DNA of 64,000 bases, from assembly GCA_030698495.1 (NCBI GenBank), contig JAUYKA010000035.1:8778-72777 (forward strand). The letters are read 5' to 3'. The stretch is from a bacterium. GTDB taxonomy: Bacteria > Patescibacteriota > Andersenbacteria > UBA10190. A program made the position numbers and the translations under genes. Positions 19,430-28,436 of the stretch are shown here, piece after piece (the stretch's first letter is position 1; every line of letters begins with the position of its first letter). Below the pieces are notes generated by a model. It did not search any database. It saw only the letters and a list, made by a program, of their open reading frames with translations, and was not told the origin of the DNA.

Positions 19430-21646
19430 ATGAAACTAGTCATTGTCGAATCTCCCGCCAAAGCTAAAACCATTCAAAAATATCTAGGCCCCGGTTTTAA
19501 AGTCACCAGCAGTTACGGCCATGTTCGCGACCTGCCTAAAAGTAAGCTGGGTGTCGACACCGATAACGACTTTACTCCTTCTTACGTTATCCCGGTTAAA
19601 GCTCGCGCGCACGTAGCCTCCCTAAAAAAAGACGCGGCCAAAGCCGAAACTATCTACTTCGCCACTGATGAAGATCGCGAAGGAGAGGCCATTGCCTGGC
19701 ATCTGTTTGCCATTCTAAAGCCGGATCCGGCTAAAGTTTTTCGCATTACTTTTGACGAAATCACCAAGGCGGCTATAACCAAGGCTGTTGCCAATCCACG
19801 CCAGATAGATATCAATTTAGTTGACGCTCAACAGGCACGCCGTATTCTGGATCGCCTGGTCGGCTATGAGCTCTCCCCTCTGCTTTGGAGCAAAGTCCGC
19901 CGCGGTCTCTCCGCCGGTCGTGTCCAGTCGGTCGCCGTCCGTTTGATTGTTGAGCGCGAAGATGATATCAAGGCTTTCCGACCGCAAGAATACTGGTCGG
20001 TAGAAGCCAATCTCAATCATCAAGATACGGATTTTACCGCCCAGTTGTCCGAACACCAAAAAAAGAAAATCGGCAAATACGACGTCAAAGACAAAACAGC
20101 AGCGGAGAACATCAAGCGCGACGTTTCCGGTGTAACTTACACCGTCTCGGACATCCAGACCAAGGATCGCCGCCGCACCCCGCCGCCTCCATTTACCACC
20201 AGCACTCTGCAGCAAGCGGCTGTCAACCGCCTCGGTTTCTCCAGTAAAAAAACCATGATGCTGGCCCAGCAGCTCTACGAAGGCGTGGAATTGGGAGACG
20301 AAGGATCAACCGGTCTCATAACTTACATGCGCACCGACTCCGTTCACTTGGCTAATGAAGCCTGCGCGGCCGCGCGCCAGACAATTGAAAACCTATTCGG
20401 CGCCAAATACTCCTTGCCCCAGCCCCGAGTTTACAAAACTAAATCCCGCGGCGCCCAAGAAGCCCATGAGGCCATCCGTCCCACCGATCCGGCACACACC
20501 CCCGAAGCCCTCGCTCCATTTTTATCAAATGATCAATTACGTTTATACCGGTTGATTTGGCAGCGCCTGCTGGCCTCGCAAATGGCGGAAGCGATTCTGC
20601 AAAACACTACCGCCCTCATCACCGCCGGCGCCTACACCTTCAAAACCGTCGGCAGTATTGTCGTATTCGATGGCTACGTCAAAGTACTCGGTGCCAAAGC
20701 CGCCTTCAAAGAAAACATTTTACCCGCCCTAAAAGTTGGCGACACCCCAAGCTTGGAGAAAATTTCTTTGGAACAGCACTTCACTCAACCCCCGGCGCGT
20801 TATTCCGAAGCCACGCTAGTTAAAGCTTTGGAAGAACACGGCATTGGCCGTCCCTCCACTTACGCTCCCACCATCGACACTATTCAGCGCCGTGAATACG
20901 TTATTAAACAGGAAGATAAAAAATTCACCCCCACCGAGATAGGTGTCATCGTCACCAATCTGCTCAAAGAACATTTCCCCGATATAGTCGACTTGCAATT
21001 TACTGCCAACATGGAATCCGACCTGGATAAAATAGCTACTGGCGACAAACAATGGCAGCCGATAATCAAAGATTTTTATAACCCCTTCCACGCTAATCTC
21101 GCCAAAAAACAAACCGAGATCAGCAAACAGGAATTAATGCAGGAATCAACCGGCGAAACTTGTCCCAAATGCGGCCACGAGCTGGTAATCAAACTGGGGA
21201 GGTTTGGCAAATTCAAAGCTTGCAGTAATTATCCCGAGTGCAAGTTTACTGAATCCGTCGGCGAAGAAAAGAAGCTCCAGGAAGAACACAGCGGTCAAAC
21301 TTGTCCCCAATGTGGTAAAGAGCTAATCGTTAAGAGAGGACGTTTCGGCCCATTCTTGGGCTGCTCCGGCTACCCTGACTGTAAATTCATTCAGCCAATA
21401 GAAAAGAAAACCGGCGTCACCTGCCCCGCTTGTGGCCAAGGAGACATTGTCGAGAAAAAATCCCGCCGCGGTAAATTATTCTACGCTTGCAATCGCTATC
21501 CTGATTGTAAAAATGCCTACTGGAGTAAACCCACCGGCGAGAAATGCCCCAAGTGCGGCAGCCTCCTGGTCTACGGCGCCAAAAATACCGCTCGCTGTTC
21601 CAGCAAAGAATGTGACTTCAGCCAACAATTAGTAGCAAGTAGTTAG
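19430..21646 (+). CDS. topA: DNA topoisomerase I with four C-terminal C4 zinc ribbons
   Basis: The TOPRIM N-terminus (MKLVIVESPAKAKTI, DEDREGE) is present. The active-site region is present. Four CxxC...CxxC modules lie at the C-terminus. Confidence 0.95.
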   Translation: MKLVIVESPAKAKTIQKYLGPGFKVTSSYGHVRDLPKSKLGVDTDNDFTPSYVIPVKARAHVASLKKDAAKAETIYFATDEDREGEAIAWHLFAILKPDPAKVFRITFDEITKAAITKAVANPRQIDINLVDAQQARRILDRLVGYELSPLLWSKVRRGLSAGRVQSVAVRLIVEREDDIKAFRPQEYWSVEANLNHQDTDFTAQLSEHQKKKIGKYDVKDKTAAENIKRDVSGVTYTVSDIQTKDRRRTPPPPFTTSTLQQAAVNRLGFSSKKTMMLAQQLYEGVELGDEGSTGLITYMRTDSVHLANEACAAARQTIENLFGAKYSLPQPRVYKTKSRGAQEAHEAIRPTDPAHTPEALAPFLSNDQLRLYRLIWQRLLASQMAEAILQNTTALITAGAYTFKTVGSIVVFDGYVKVLGAKAAFKENILPALKVGDTPSLEKISLEQHFTQPPARYSEATLVKALEEHGIGRPSTYAPTIDTIQRREYVIKQEDKKFTPTEIGVIVTNLLKEHFPDIVDLQFTANMESDLDKIATGDKQWQPIIKDFYNPFHANLAKKQTEISKQELMQESTGETCPKCGHELVIKLGRFGKFKACSNYPECKFTESVGEEKKLQEEHSGQTCPQCGKELIVKRGRFGPFLGCSGYPDCKFIQPIEKKTGVTCPACGQGDIVEKKSRRGKLFYACNRYPDCKNAYWSKPTGEKCPKCGSLLVYGAKNTARCSSKECDFSQQLVASS

Positions 21647-21682
21647 CAGCAAGTAGCAAGGGACAAACAAAAGCTTCTTGCA

Positions 21683-21715
21683 CTACACCCAGAGGTGTTG
21701 TCGGGGTGTAGTTTT
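21683..21715 (+). terminator. Intrinsic terminator downstream of topA
   Basis: The 8 bp stem ctacaccc/gggtgtag has a 13 nt loop and is followed by TTTT. Confidence 0.6.
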
Positions 21716-21729
21716 AGTATTTGGTCATT

Positions 21730-21772
21730 GGAAAATTGAAGAATTGATTGGAAATTGGAAATTGAAAATTTG
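21730..21772. repeat. GGAAA(A)TTG-type tandem repeats (ggaaaattg, gaagaattg, ggaaatt, ggaaattg, gaaaatttg) between convergent topA and parB
   Basis: Seen directly in sequence. It is the same motif family as 8755-8794. Confidence 0.65.
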
Positions 21773-21847
21773 CAGACAACTTCCCTGTTCCCTAAATAGC
21801 GTCCCTATACAAAGGAATTTAGTTTTATTGCAACCACAAATGGCCTT

Positions 21848-23278
21848 CTAGTCCTCAATCACATCCTGATCAACCGTATCCGGCAGTGGCTGCAAACCCA
21901 GCAGTCTCTCGATTAACTCCTGCGCTTCATCCTCGCTAAAAGCGTGAAATACCACTTCAAACCGATTCTTGTCCGATTTGAACATGACTCGCGCGTTATA
22001 ACCGAACTTATCCTGCAGCATCCCGTCGTATTTAAGCGCTAACTGCGGCCGCCCTCTGGTTTTCTTACGCAGCGGATCATTCAACTTCATTGTCCGCTGA
22101 ACACGACGCGCTCGGTTTTCCGCTTTGCGCACCGTTAACCCCTCATCCACCACATGATTATAGAACCGTATCTGTTTCTCTTCATCCGGAATCATCAATA
22201 TCGCCCGCGCGTGCCCGATAGAAATCTTGCTCTCAATCAAACCCCGCTGGATCTCCGCCGGCAGCTGTAGCAAACGGATAATATTAGTTATTCCTACCCG
22301 GCTGCGCCCCACTCGTTCGCCTATTTCCTCATGTGTCATACCGTATTCCTCGTTCAACCTCTGATAACCCATCGCCTCTTCCACTGGGTTTAAATTCTGT
22401 CTCTGCACGTTTTCCGTCAGAGCCAGCTCCAGCCGATGACGATCGGACGATACATCGCTTCTGATAACACACGGCACTTTCTCCCAACCAAGCCTCTTTG
22501 ACGCCCGCCAGCGCCGTTCGCCGGCAACTAACTGATACATCTTCTGTCCCGGCATCTTAGCCACCACCAGCGGCTGCAACATACCGTGCTGATCCAACGA
22601 TTGCACCAAGTCTTCCAAATCCTCTTCGTCAAACGCGCGCCGCGGCTGCAGCGGATTAACCTCAATATCACCGATAGTAATGTACTCCACCTTCTCACCC
22701 AATACGCGCCGCTCGCCCACTGCCGCCAAATCGTCAAACGCCGCCGCTACTTTTTCTTTAACTGTTTTTTTAGGCTCTGTTTGCTCTTCTTCCTTATTAG
22801 CTTTAACCCGCTTTTCTGCTTTAAGTGGTTCAACTTTTTCCGCCGCTATCGTTTCTTTGGCTTCCTCCGCTTCACTCTCCTTATCTTCATCCGTCTCGTT
22901 ATCTGCTTCAGCCAAAATTTCTTTATCCTTCTCATCCGGCTCTACTTCTATAGTTAATGGTGTCACCATCGGTTTAGCCGGCATCGGCTCCGGCACCGTC
23001 TCTTCTATCACATCAGCCTCCATTTCCTCTACCACTTGCACTTTTTTCTTCTCTACTTTAACCGGCTCCTCCTCAACCCCTACCGTTTCCTGCCACTGAA
23101 TCTCATCCGTATTTTCTTCCTCAATATCTTCCTCAACTTCATCGCCGCGCAAAGCCCTCACATTCTCCGGCTCATCCCCAACCGCCTCCATACTGTCTAT
23201 TTGTTCAATAATATCTTCGGCATTTTCCTTATGTCGTCTGGGTATTAATGAGGCCAAGCCTCGTCCTAATGGTGTCAT
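21848..23278 (-). CDS. parB: Chromosome partitioning protein ParB with a roughly 170 aa acidic low-complexity insertion after the N-terminal ParA-interaction peptide
   Basis: The N-terminus LGRGLASLIPRR is present. The ParB box GERRWRASKRLG is present. An HTH and a C-terminal dimerisation region are present. The protein is 476 aa, against a typical length of about 300. Confidence 0.85.
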   Translation of the reverse strand: MTPLGRGLASLIPRRHKENAEDIIEQIDSMEAVGDEPENVRALRGDEVEEDIEEENTDEIQWQETVGVEEEPVKVEKKKVQVVEEMEADVIEETVPEPMPAKPMVTPLTIEVEPDEKDKEILAEADNETDEDKESEAEEAKETIAAEKVEPLKAEKRVKANKEEEQTEPKKTVKEKVAAAFDDLAAVGERRVLGEKVEYITIGDIEVNPLQPRRAFDEEDLEDLVQSLDQHGMLQPLVVAKMPGQKMYQLVAGERRWRASKRLGWEKVPCVIRSDVSSDRHRLELALTENVQRQNLNPVEEAMGYQRLNEEYGMTHEEIGERVGRSRVGITNIIRLLQLPAEIQRGLIESKISIGHARAILMIPDEEKQIRFYNHVVDEGLTVRKAENRARRVQRTMKLNDPLRKKTRGRPQLALKYDGMLQDKFGYNARVMFKSDKNRFEVVFHAFSEDEAQELIERLLGLQPLPDTVDQDVIED

Positions 23279-24039
23279 AGATATAAATTTAATAATTCTT
23301 CTGACAAATACTCGTAAGCTTTGGCGCCCCGAGAATCTTTAGCATACTCCAAAATCGTCCGTCCCGTTGACGGCGCTTCCGCCAGCTCCGTATTTCGAGG
23401 AATAACACTGTCAAACACATGCCCGGGAAAAGTCTTACGCACTTCTTTCACTACCCGCCGCGCCAGCGCTGTGCGCCGATCGTACATCGTCAGCACCGCT
23501 CCCAGCACTTGTATCTGTGGGTTAAGATGCTTTCGTACCATGTCTACCGTATTCAACAACTGCCGTAATCCTTCCAGCGCGTAATACTCACACTGCACCG
23601 GAATTAATACCCGGTGCGCCGCTGCCAAAGCATTTACTGTTAACAAACCCAAGCTGGGCGGACAATCAACTAATATAAAATCAAAACTGGGCGCTAAATC
23701 CTTCAATGCCCGGCGCAATCGATATTCCCGGTACGGCTGATCCATTAATTCAATTGCCGCGCCCACCAAATCAGGCGTCGCCGGAATCACATTCAAATTT
23801 TCCTGCGTCGTCGCCTGCAACGCTTCTCTGGTCTGTTTTTCTCCTAACAAAACTTCATAAACCGTCGGTGCGCCATCCGCTACCTTCACGCCCAAACCGG
23901 CCGTGGCGTTTCCCTGCGGATCCATATCCACCACTGCCGTCGCCTTGCCGGAATTGGCCAAGTAGCCACCCAAATTAACGCTGGTCGTGGTCTTACCCAC
24001 ACCGCCCTTCTGATTTACAACCGCGATTACTTCTGTCAT
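23275..24039 (-). CDS. parA: Chromosome partitioning ATPase ParA/Soj
   Basis: The deviant Walker A KGGVGKTT is present. It overlaps parB by 4 nt (ATGA). Confidence 0.9.
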   Translation of the reverse strand: MTEVIAVVNQKGGVGKTTTSVNLGGYLANSGKATAVVDMDPQGNATAGLGVKVADGAPTVYEVLLGEKQTREALQATTQENLNVIPATPDLVGAAIELMDQPYREYRLRRALKDLAPSFDFILVDCPPSLGLLTVNALAAAHRVLIPVQCEYYALEGLRQLLNTVDMVRKHLNPQIQVLGAVLTMYDRRTALARRVVKEVRKTFPGHVFDSVIPRNTELAEAPSTGRTILEYAKDSRGAKAYEYLSEELLNLYL

Positions 24040-24138
24040 CTAAAGGATTTAGTGTAATATGTATATAGTGTAAACCAAGCGAACTAAAAATAACAACTAC
24101 TTGGCAACACCGTTCTAGTTTTGTACAGTATATATCTT

Positions 24139-24225
24139 GCCGGGATGGCGGAATTGGTTTACGCGCACGACTCAAAATCGTGTGAGCTTACGCTCGTGTG
24201 GGTTCGAGTCCCACTCCCGGCACCA
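24139..24225 (+). tRNA. tRNA-Leu (anticodon CAA), type II with a long variable arm and an encoded CCA
   Basis: The acceptor stem GCCGGGA/TCCCGGC is present. The anticodon loop is cuCAAaa. The T-arm GGTTCGAGTCC is present. A possible TTGGCA-17-TACAGT promoter lies just upstream. Confidence 0.9.
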
Positions 24226-24230
24226 CAAAT

Positions 24231-24872
24231 ATGATCAAAGCAATTTTATTTGACGTCGACGGAGTATTAATAGACTCCTTTGAAGCAAATTTAAGGTTTT
24301 TTCAAGACTTAATGAATAAAGTTGGTTACCCTCCGCCAACCAGAGATCAATTTCATGATATTTTTGCCATGAACCTTGTTGATGCTATCAAAACTCTTAC
24401 TAAATCAAATTCCGAAGAAGAAATTCAGCGCATATGGCATACAGGAAAAAACAGAGAAGTTAATTATCATACAGAACTAATTAACATTCCCAATGAATTA
24501 GAAATTGCGCTCAAACAACTAAGCAAAGATTTTTTATTGGGTATCGTTACCAGCCGCGTCCGAGAAAATATCTACGAAGCCCCTTCTTTAAAAGAACTTA
24601 AACATTATTTCAAAATTGCAGTCGGCTATCAGGATACAAACAACCATAAACCGGATCCTGACCCGTTATTATTTGCTGCTAAAAAGTTAAAAATCAAACC
24701 GGAGGAATGCATATACATAGGCGACACTTCAAACGATCTGCAGGCAGGCCATGCTGCAAACATGAAGGTTATAATCTATCCCAATAATAAAAACCTTCCC
24801 GCCGACGCTCACGCCGCATCCTTTACTGAATTACCAACACTGATATCGTCTTTAAACAAAGAAACGCGATAA
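24231..24872 (+). CDS. HAD-superfamily hydrolase (beta-phosphoglucomutase/phosphatase-like)
   Basis: Motif I FDVDGVL is present. The ATG at 24231 is in frame within ORF-track entry 24198-24872. The track start overlaps the tRNA. Confidence 0.75.
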   Translation: MIKAILFDVDGVLIDSFEANLRFFQDLMNKVGYPPPTRDQFHDIFAMNLVDAIKTLTKSNSEEEIQRIWHTGKNREVNYHTELINIPNELEIALKQLSKDFLLGIVTSRVRENIYEAPSLKELKHYFKIAVGYQDTNNHKPDPDPLLFAAKKLKIKPEECIYIGDTSNDLQAGHAANMKVIIYPNNKNLPADAHAASFTELPTLISSLNKETR

Positions 24873-24942
24873 ACCTTAGTAAACTTCAACCAAACACAAT
24901 TAATACCCTACTCATCTCCCTGTCATTATCCCTAGGGATCTT

Positions 24943-26151
24943 CTACAACGCCCGATAAAACAACGCCATCACTCCCGCCAACGCGAAGGTAACCACAAAT
25001 GCCGTTTGCATCGGCAGGAAGAAAAAGACCGCCGCCAGCGCCGCCGCCATCACTACCTTGCCGCAGGCCAACGAAATTTCAAACGCCAGCATATAACGTA
25101 GCGACCCAACCCGTCGCGCCTTGGCGTACAACCGCGACATCGTCGGTACCTCCATACTTGTATCACTCACCCGCGCTAATATGTCCGCCGGTAAAATCAT
25201 TGCCACGGAATGCGATAATATTCGCAAAATATAACTAGCCGCAATAAACGGTGCCGCCCAGCGCAACACTACCCGGGGTGTCTTTCTGTCCGCCAGTTCT
25301 CCTACAAAAAATCCCCACAGCACCATTACCGCCACACTCAACGACACTACCAATCCCAGCAACTCCGCACTGCGCAAAATAATAAACATATAGATCGGCC
25401 AGAAAACCATATAAACCAAGTTCTCCATCCATCCTGCCGATGCCGCCAGTACCATGCGTCGGTTTGCCCGTTGGCGGATAACTTGCCACCCCGCGCTATA
25501 AGACATCTCTCGACGTTGTTGATTTTCCTTCGTAGTCAAAAGCGGCAAACCGGCTAGCACCAGAGTAACCGCCGCTACTATGAACAGCGCAGCAAAACCA
25601 AACCACACTACAATAAATCCTCCTAGTAGGGGACCAATTATACCTACCCCGTAAACAATAATCCTCTGCCATGACTGCTCGGTACCCCTGTTATCCGAGT
25701 TACTATAAGCCGCGAAAGTAGCATGATAAGCTGGCCAGAAAAATATCTTGTGCGCCGCCAGAACAAAAGGCCCCAGCCAAAATAACTGCCAAAACTCCGT
25801 GACACCGGACAAAATCAGAAAATACACCACCAGTATAGGCGTGGAAACGGCCAATGACCGCTCGTACCCGAATCTCGCCGCTAGCTTCGCGCCCCACGGC
25901 AGAGCAACTACATAGACCACATAATGTGTCAGGTAATATATCGCTATTAGCCACAGCTTGAATCCTTGGCTGTAAAAAAATATTGGTTCGAAAATTGTGA
26001 TCAGCGAAGAAGCAAAAGAAAAAAGCAGTAAAAACAAATATAACTCGCGTATTTGTCGCCGGGCTTTAAACCCAAACACGCTGCGTAAATCGCCTAACGT
26101 AATATGCAATTGTCCCAACATGTGATTATTATACATTATCGTTAACCACAA
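24943..26151 (-). CDS. Polytopic membrane transporter, MFS-like
   Basis: The protein has about 12 predicted hydrophobic helices and is 402 aa. No strong signature motif was seen. Confidence 0.5.
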   Translation of the reverse strand: MWLTIMYNNHMLGQLHITLGDLRSVFGFKARRQIRELYLFLLLFSFASSLITIFEPIFFYSQGFKLWLIAIYYLTHYVVYVVALPWGAKLAARFGYERSLAVSTPILVVYFLILSGVTEFWQLFWLGPFVLAAHKIFFWPAYHATFAAYSNSDNRGTEQSWQRIIVYGVGIIGPLLGGFIVVWFGFAALFIVAAVTLVLAGLPLLTTKENQQRREMSYSAGWQVIRQRANRRMVLAASAGWMENLVYMVFWPIYMFIILRSAELLGLVVSLSVAVMVLWGFFVGELADRKTPRVVLRWAAPFIAASYILRILSHSVAMILPADILARVSDTSMEVPTMSRLYAKARRVGSLRYMLAFEISLACGKVVMAAALAAVFFFLPMQTAFVVTFALAGVMALFYRAL

Positions 26152-26230
26152 GTTACGAGTTCCGAGTTACAAGTTATAAGCTACAAGATAATATTTGCCA
26201 AACATCACCTTTTTCTAGTATGTTATTTTT

Positions 26231-27550
26231 ATGAATAAGCCCGCAAAAAATCAGCATAAATTAGCCTTCATCGGCGCCGGTTATGTCGGTCTTGTTTCCG
26301 GCACCTGTCTGGCTGAAATCGGCCACACCGTCATTTTAGTCGACAACAACAAAGATAAAATCACTCGCCTTAATAAAGGTCAGATACCTATTTTTGAACC
26401 AGGCCTGGACGAGCTGGTAACCAAAAACGTCAAAGCAGGACGCTTGTCGTTTACCACCAGTCTCAAGGACGCTGTTAAAAATTCCGAGGCAATTTTCATC
26501 GCCGTTAACACCCCGCCTCTACCCAACGGTCGAGCCGATCTCTCTTTCGTAGCTGGTGCCGCCCGTGAAATCGCCGAGGCCGCCGACGGCTACAAAGTCG
26601 TTGTCGATAAAAGCACCGTCCCCGTACAAACCGGCGAGAGAGTGGCCGAAACAATCAAGCGCTACAATAAACGGCAAATTGATTTCGATGTTGTCAGTAA
26701 TCCCGAGTTTTTACGCGAAGGCTCCGCTATTGACGACTTTCTCCAACCCGATCGTATCGTTGTCGGCGTAGCCAACAAACGCGCCGAAAAAATCATGCGT
26801 GAAATATACTCGCCTATCGATGCTCCTTTTATTGTCACCGATGTTAAAAGCGCCGAACTGATCAAACACGCCAGTAATTCTTTCTTAGCCACTAAAATAT
26901 CTTTTGCCAACGCCGTCGCCAGAATTTGCGAACTATCCGGCGCCAACATTGATCAGGTAGTCGGCGGCATGGGACAAGACGCGCGCATCGGTAAACATTT
27001 CTTAAACGCCGGCATCGGCTATGGCGGCTCGTGTTTTCCTAAAGACGTATCTGCTTTTATCAATATCGCTGACGAGCTTGGCTACCATTTCGGCATCTTA
27101 AAAGAAGTGGAAAAAATAAATGAGCAAGCCAAACAACTTTTCTTGCAGAAAATCGAACAGGCTTTATGGGTTACTAAAGGCAAAACCATCGCTATGTGGG
27201 GCTTGGCCTTTAAGCCTAACACCGACGACATGCGCAACGCCCCTTCCATCGACATCGTTAATCAACTACACGCCGACGGCGCCGTTATTCAGGCCTACGA
27301 TCCCGCAGCTCAAGACACAGCCAAAGCTGTTTTAGGCAATAAAGTAAAATATATTAAAGACAAATACGATGCTCTGAAAAATGCCGACGCGCTGGTTATT
27401 GTCACCGACTGGAATGAATTCAAAGATCCGGATTGGAATAAAGTCGCCAAGCTTCTTCACAGTCCCATCATTATTGATGGCCGCAATATGTTCGACCCCA
27501 AAGAGATGGAAAAGAAAGGTTTTGTCTACCACTCGGTCGGCCGCGGCTAG
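26231..27550 (+). CDS. ugd: UDP-glucose 6-dehydrogenase
   Basis: The N-terminal NAD fold FIGAGYVG is present. The catalytic Cys region GYGGSCFPKD is present. The protein is 439 aa. Confidence 0.9.
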   Translation: MNKPAKNQHKLAFIGAGYVGLVSGTCLAEIGHTVILVDNNKDKITRLNKGQIPIFEPGLDELVTKNVKAGRLSFTTSLKDAVKNSEAIFIAVNTPPLPNGRADLSFVAGAAREIAEAADGYKVVVDKSTVPVQTGERVAETIKRYNKRQIDFDVVSNPEFLREGSAIDDFLQPDRIVVGVANKRAEKIMREIYSPIDAPFIVTDVKSAELIKHASNSFLATKISFANAVARICELSGANIDQVVGGMGQDARIGKHFLNAGIGYGGSCFPKDVSAFINIADELGYHFGILKEVEKINEQAKQLFLQKIEQALWVTKGKTIAMWGLAFKPNTDDMRNAPSIDIVNQLHADGAVIQAYDPAAQDTAKAVLGNKVKYIKDKYDALKNADALVIVTDWNEFKDPDWNKVAKLLHSPIIIDGRNMFDPKEMEKKGFVYHSVGRG

Positions 27551-27634
27551 AGCAGTAAATACAGTGAATACAGTAAATTAAGTAAATACAGTTACTGTAT
27601 TTACTGTACTCGCTGTATTTACTTTATTTACTGA
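27551..27634. repeat. Inverted array of GTAAATACAG/CTGTATTTAC tandem repeats forming a hairpin with about 40 bp arms between convergent ugd and the nucleotidyltransferase gene
   Basis: agtaaatacagtgaatacagtaaattaagtaaatacag is followed by its imperfect reverse complement ctgtatttactgtactcgctgtatttactttatttactg. Confidence 0.7.
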
Positions 27635-28311
27635 CTCAACACTCTCTCCGCCTCTTCTAACTGCTCCTTGTCATTAATTGGCAACCAAAAGTCAGTTTCC
27701 ACGACTTTAATTTTTGCCCCATTTTCCTGAATCATTTTCATCCACACATCCGGTGTCTCGTACTCCCCGCGCGCCGACGGCGGCACTTCCAAATCCAAAA
27801 ACGACTCATCCATCACCATTGCTCCTGTCCACACTAAATTGGAAATAAACTCCTGCGGTTTTTCCACCGACCGCACTAAATACCCCTCATCATCAGCTAC
27901 CAGCACCCCAAATTTTTCTGGGTGTTCCACCCTGTCCGCCAACGCCGCTAAGTCATGCCGCACTAATTCCTGCATTCCTTTCGGACCAAATATGTCATCC
28001 CCAACCATCCCCAACCATCTTCCAGTCACCAATTCTCTGGCGCACCGAAAAGCATGCGCCAGTCCCAACTGCTCTTCTTGGCGTACAAATTCAATCGGCC
28101 GGCCGTCATGTTCACCGCTCTTAAAATAATCCCGTATTGTCTGCTCGTGCGGCCCGCCGACCACAAACACCAAGCCATCCACTTCCGGTGGCAATAAATC
28201 CAAACTATGCTCAATCACCGGCTTATCGCCAACCGGCAATAATTGCTTTGGGCCTTCGTAATATTTGGCCATCCTTGTACCCTTCCCGGCCACCAAAACC
28301 ACTGCTTTCAT
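27628..28311 (-). CDS. Sugar-1-phosphate nucleotidyltransferase (NTP_transferase fold)
   Basis: The N-terminal GxGTR motif (LVAGKGTRM) is present. Confidence 0.75.
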   Translation of the reverse strand: MKAVVLVAGKGTRMAKYYEGPKQLLPVGDKPVIEHSLDLLPPEVDGLVFVVGGPHEQTIRDYFKSGEHDGRPIEFVRQEEQLGLAHAFRCARELVTGRWLGMVGDDIFGPKGMQELVRHDLAALADRVEHPEKFGVLVADDEGYLVRSVEKPQEFISNLVWTGAMVMDESFLDLEVPPSARGEYETPDVWMKMIQENGAKIKVVETDFWLPINDKEQLEEAERVLSQ

Positions 28312-28317
28312 AGCTTT

Positions 28318-28436
28318 GTATTTAGTATTTAGTATTCCGTATATAGTATATTACAAAAATGTTGTCCACAAGAGTTATGACAAAAAAATCAACGATGCTA
28401 AATACTATATACAAAATACGAAATACTAAATACTAG
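28318..28436. repeat. Large inverted repeat with about 35 bp arms built from TATTTAG heptamers and a 44 nt spacer
   Basis: gtatttagtatttagtattccgtatatagtatatt pairs with agtatttagtatttcgtattttgtatatagtatttagc (the reverse complement of 28397-28436). It lies between the FG-GAP protein stop and the nucleotidyltransferase start. Confidence 0.7.

Noticed and set aside
21647-21847. oriC near parAB marked by DnaA boxes
   Set aside because: No TTATCCACA cluster was found. Only isolated near-matches exist elsewhere (about 45610, about 37265). dnaA and dnaN are not in the window.
22680-23099. S/T/A-rich 139 aa ORF on the plus strand
   Set aside because: It lies antisense to the GAA/GAG-rich acidic insertion of parB and is a low-complexity shadow ORF.
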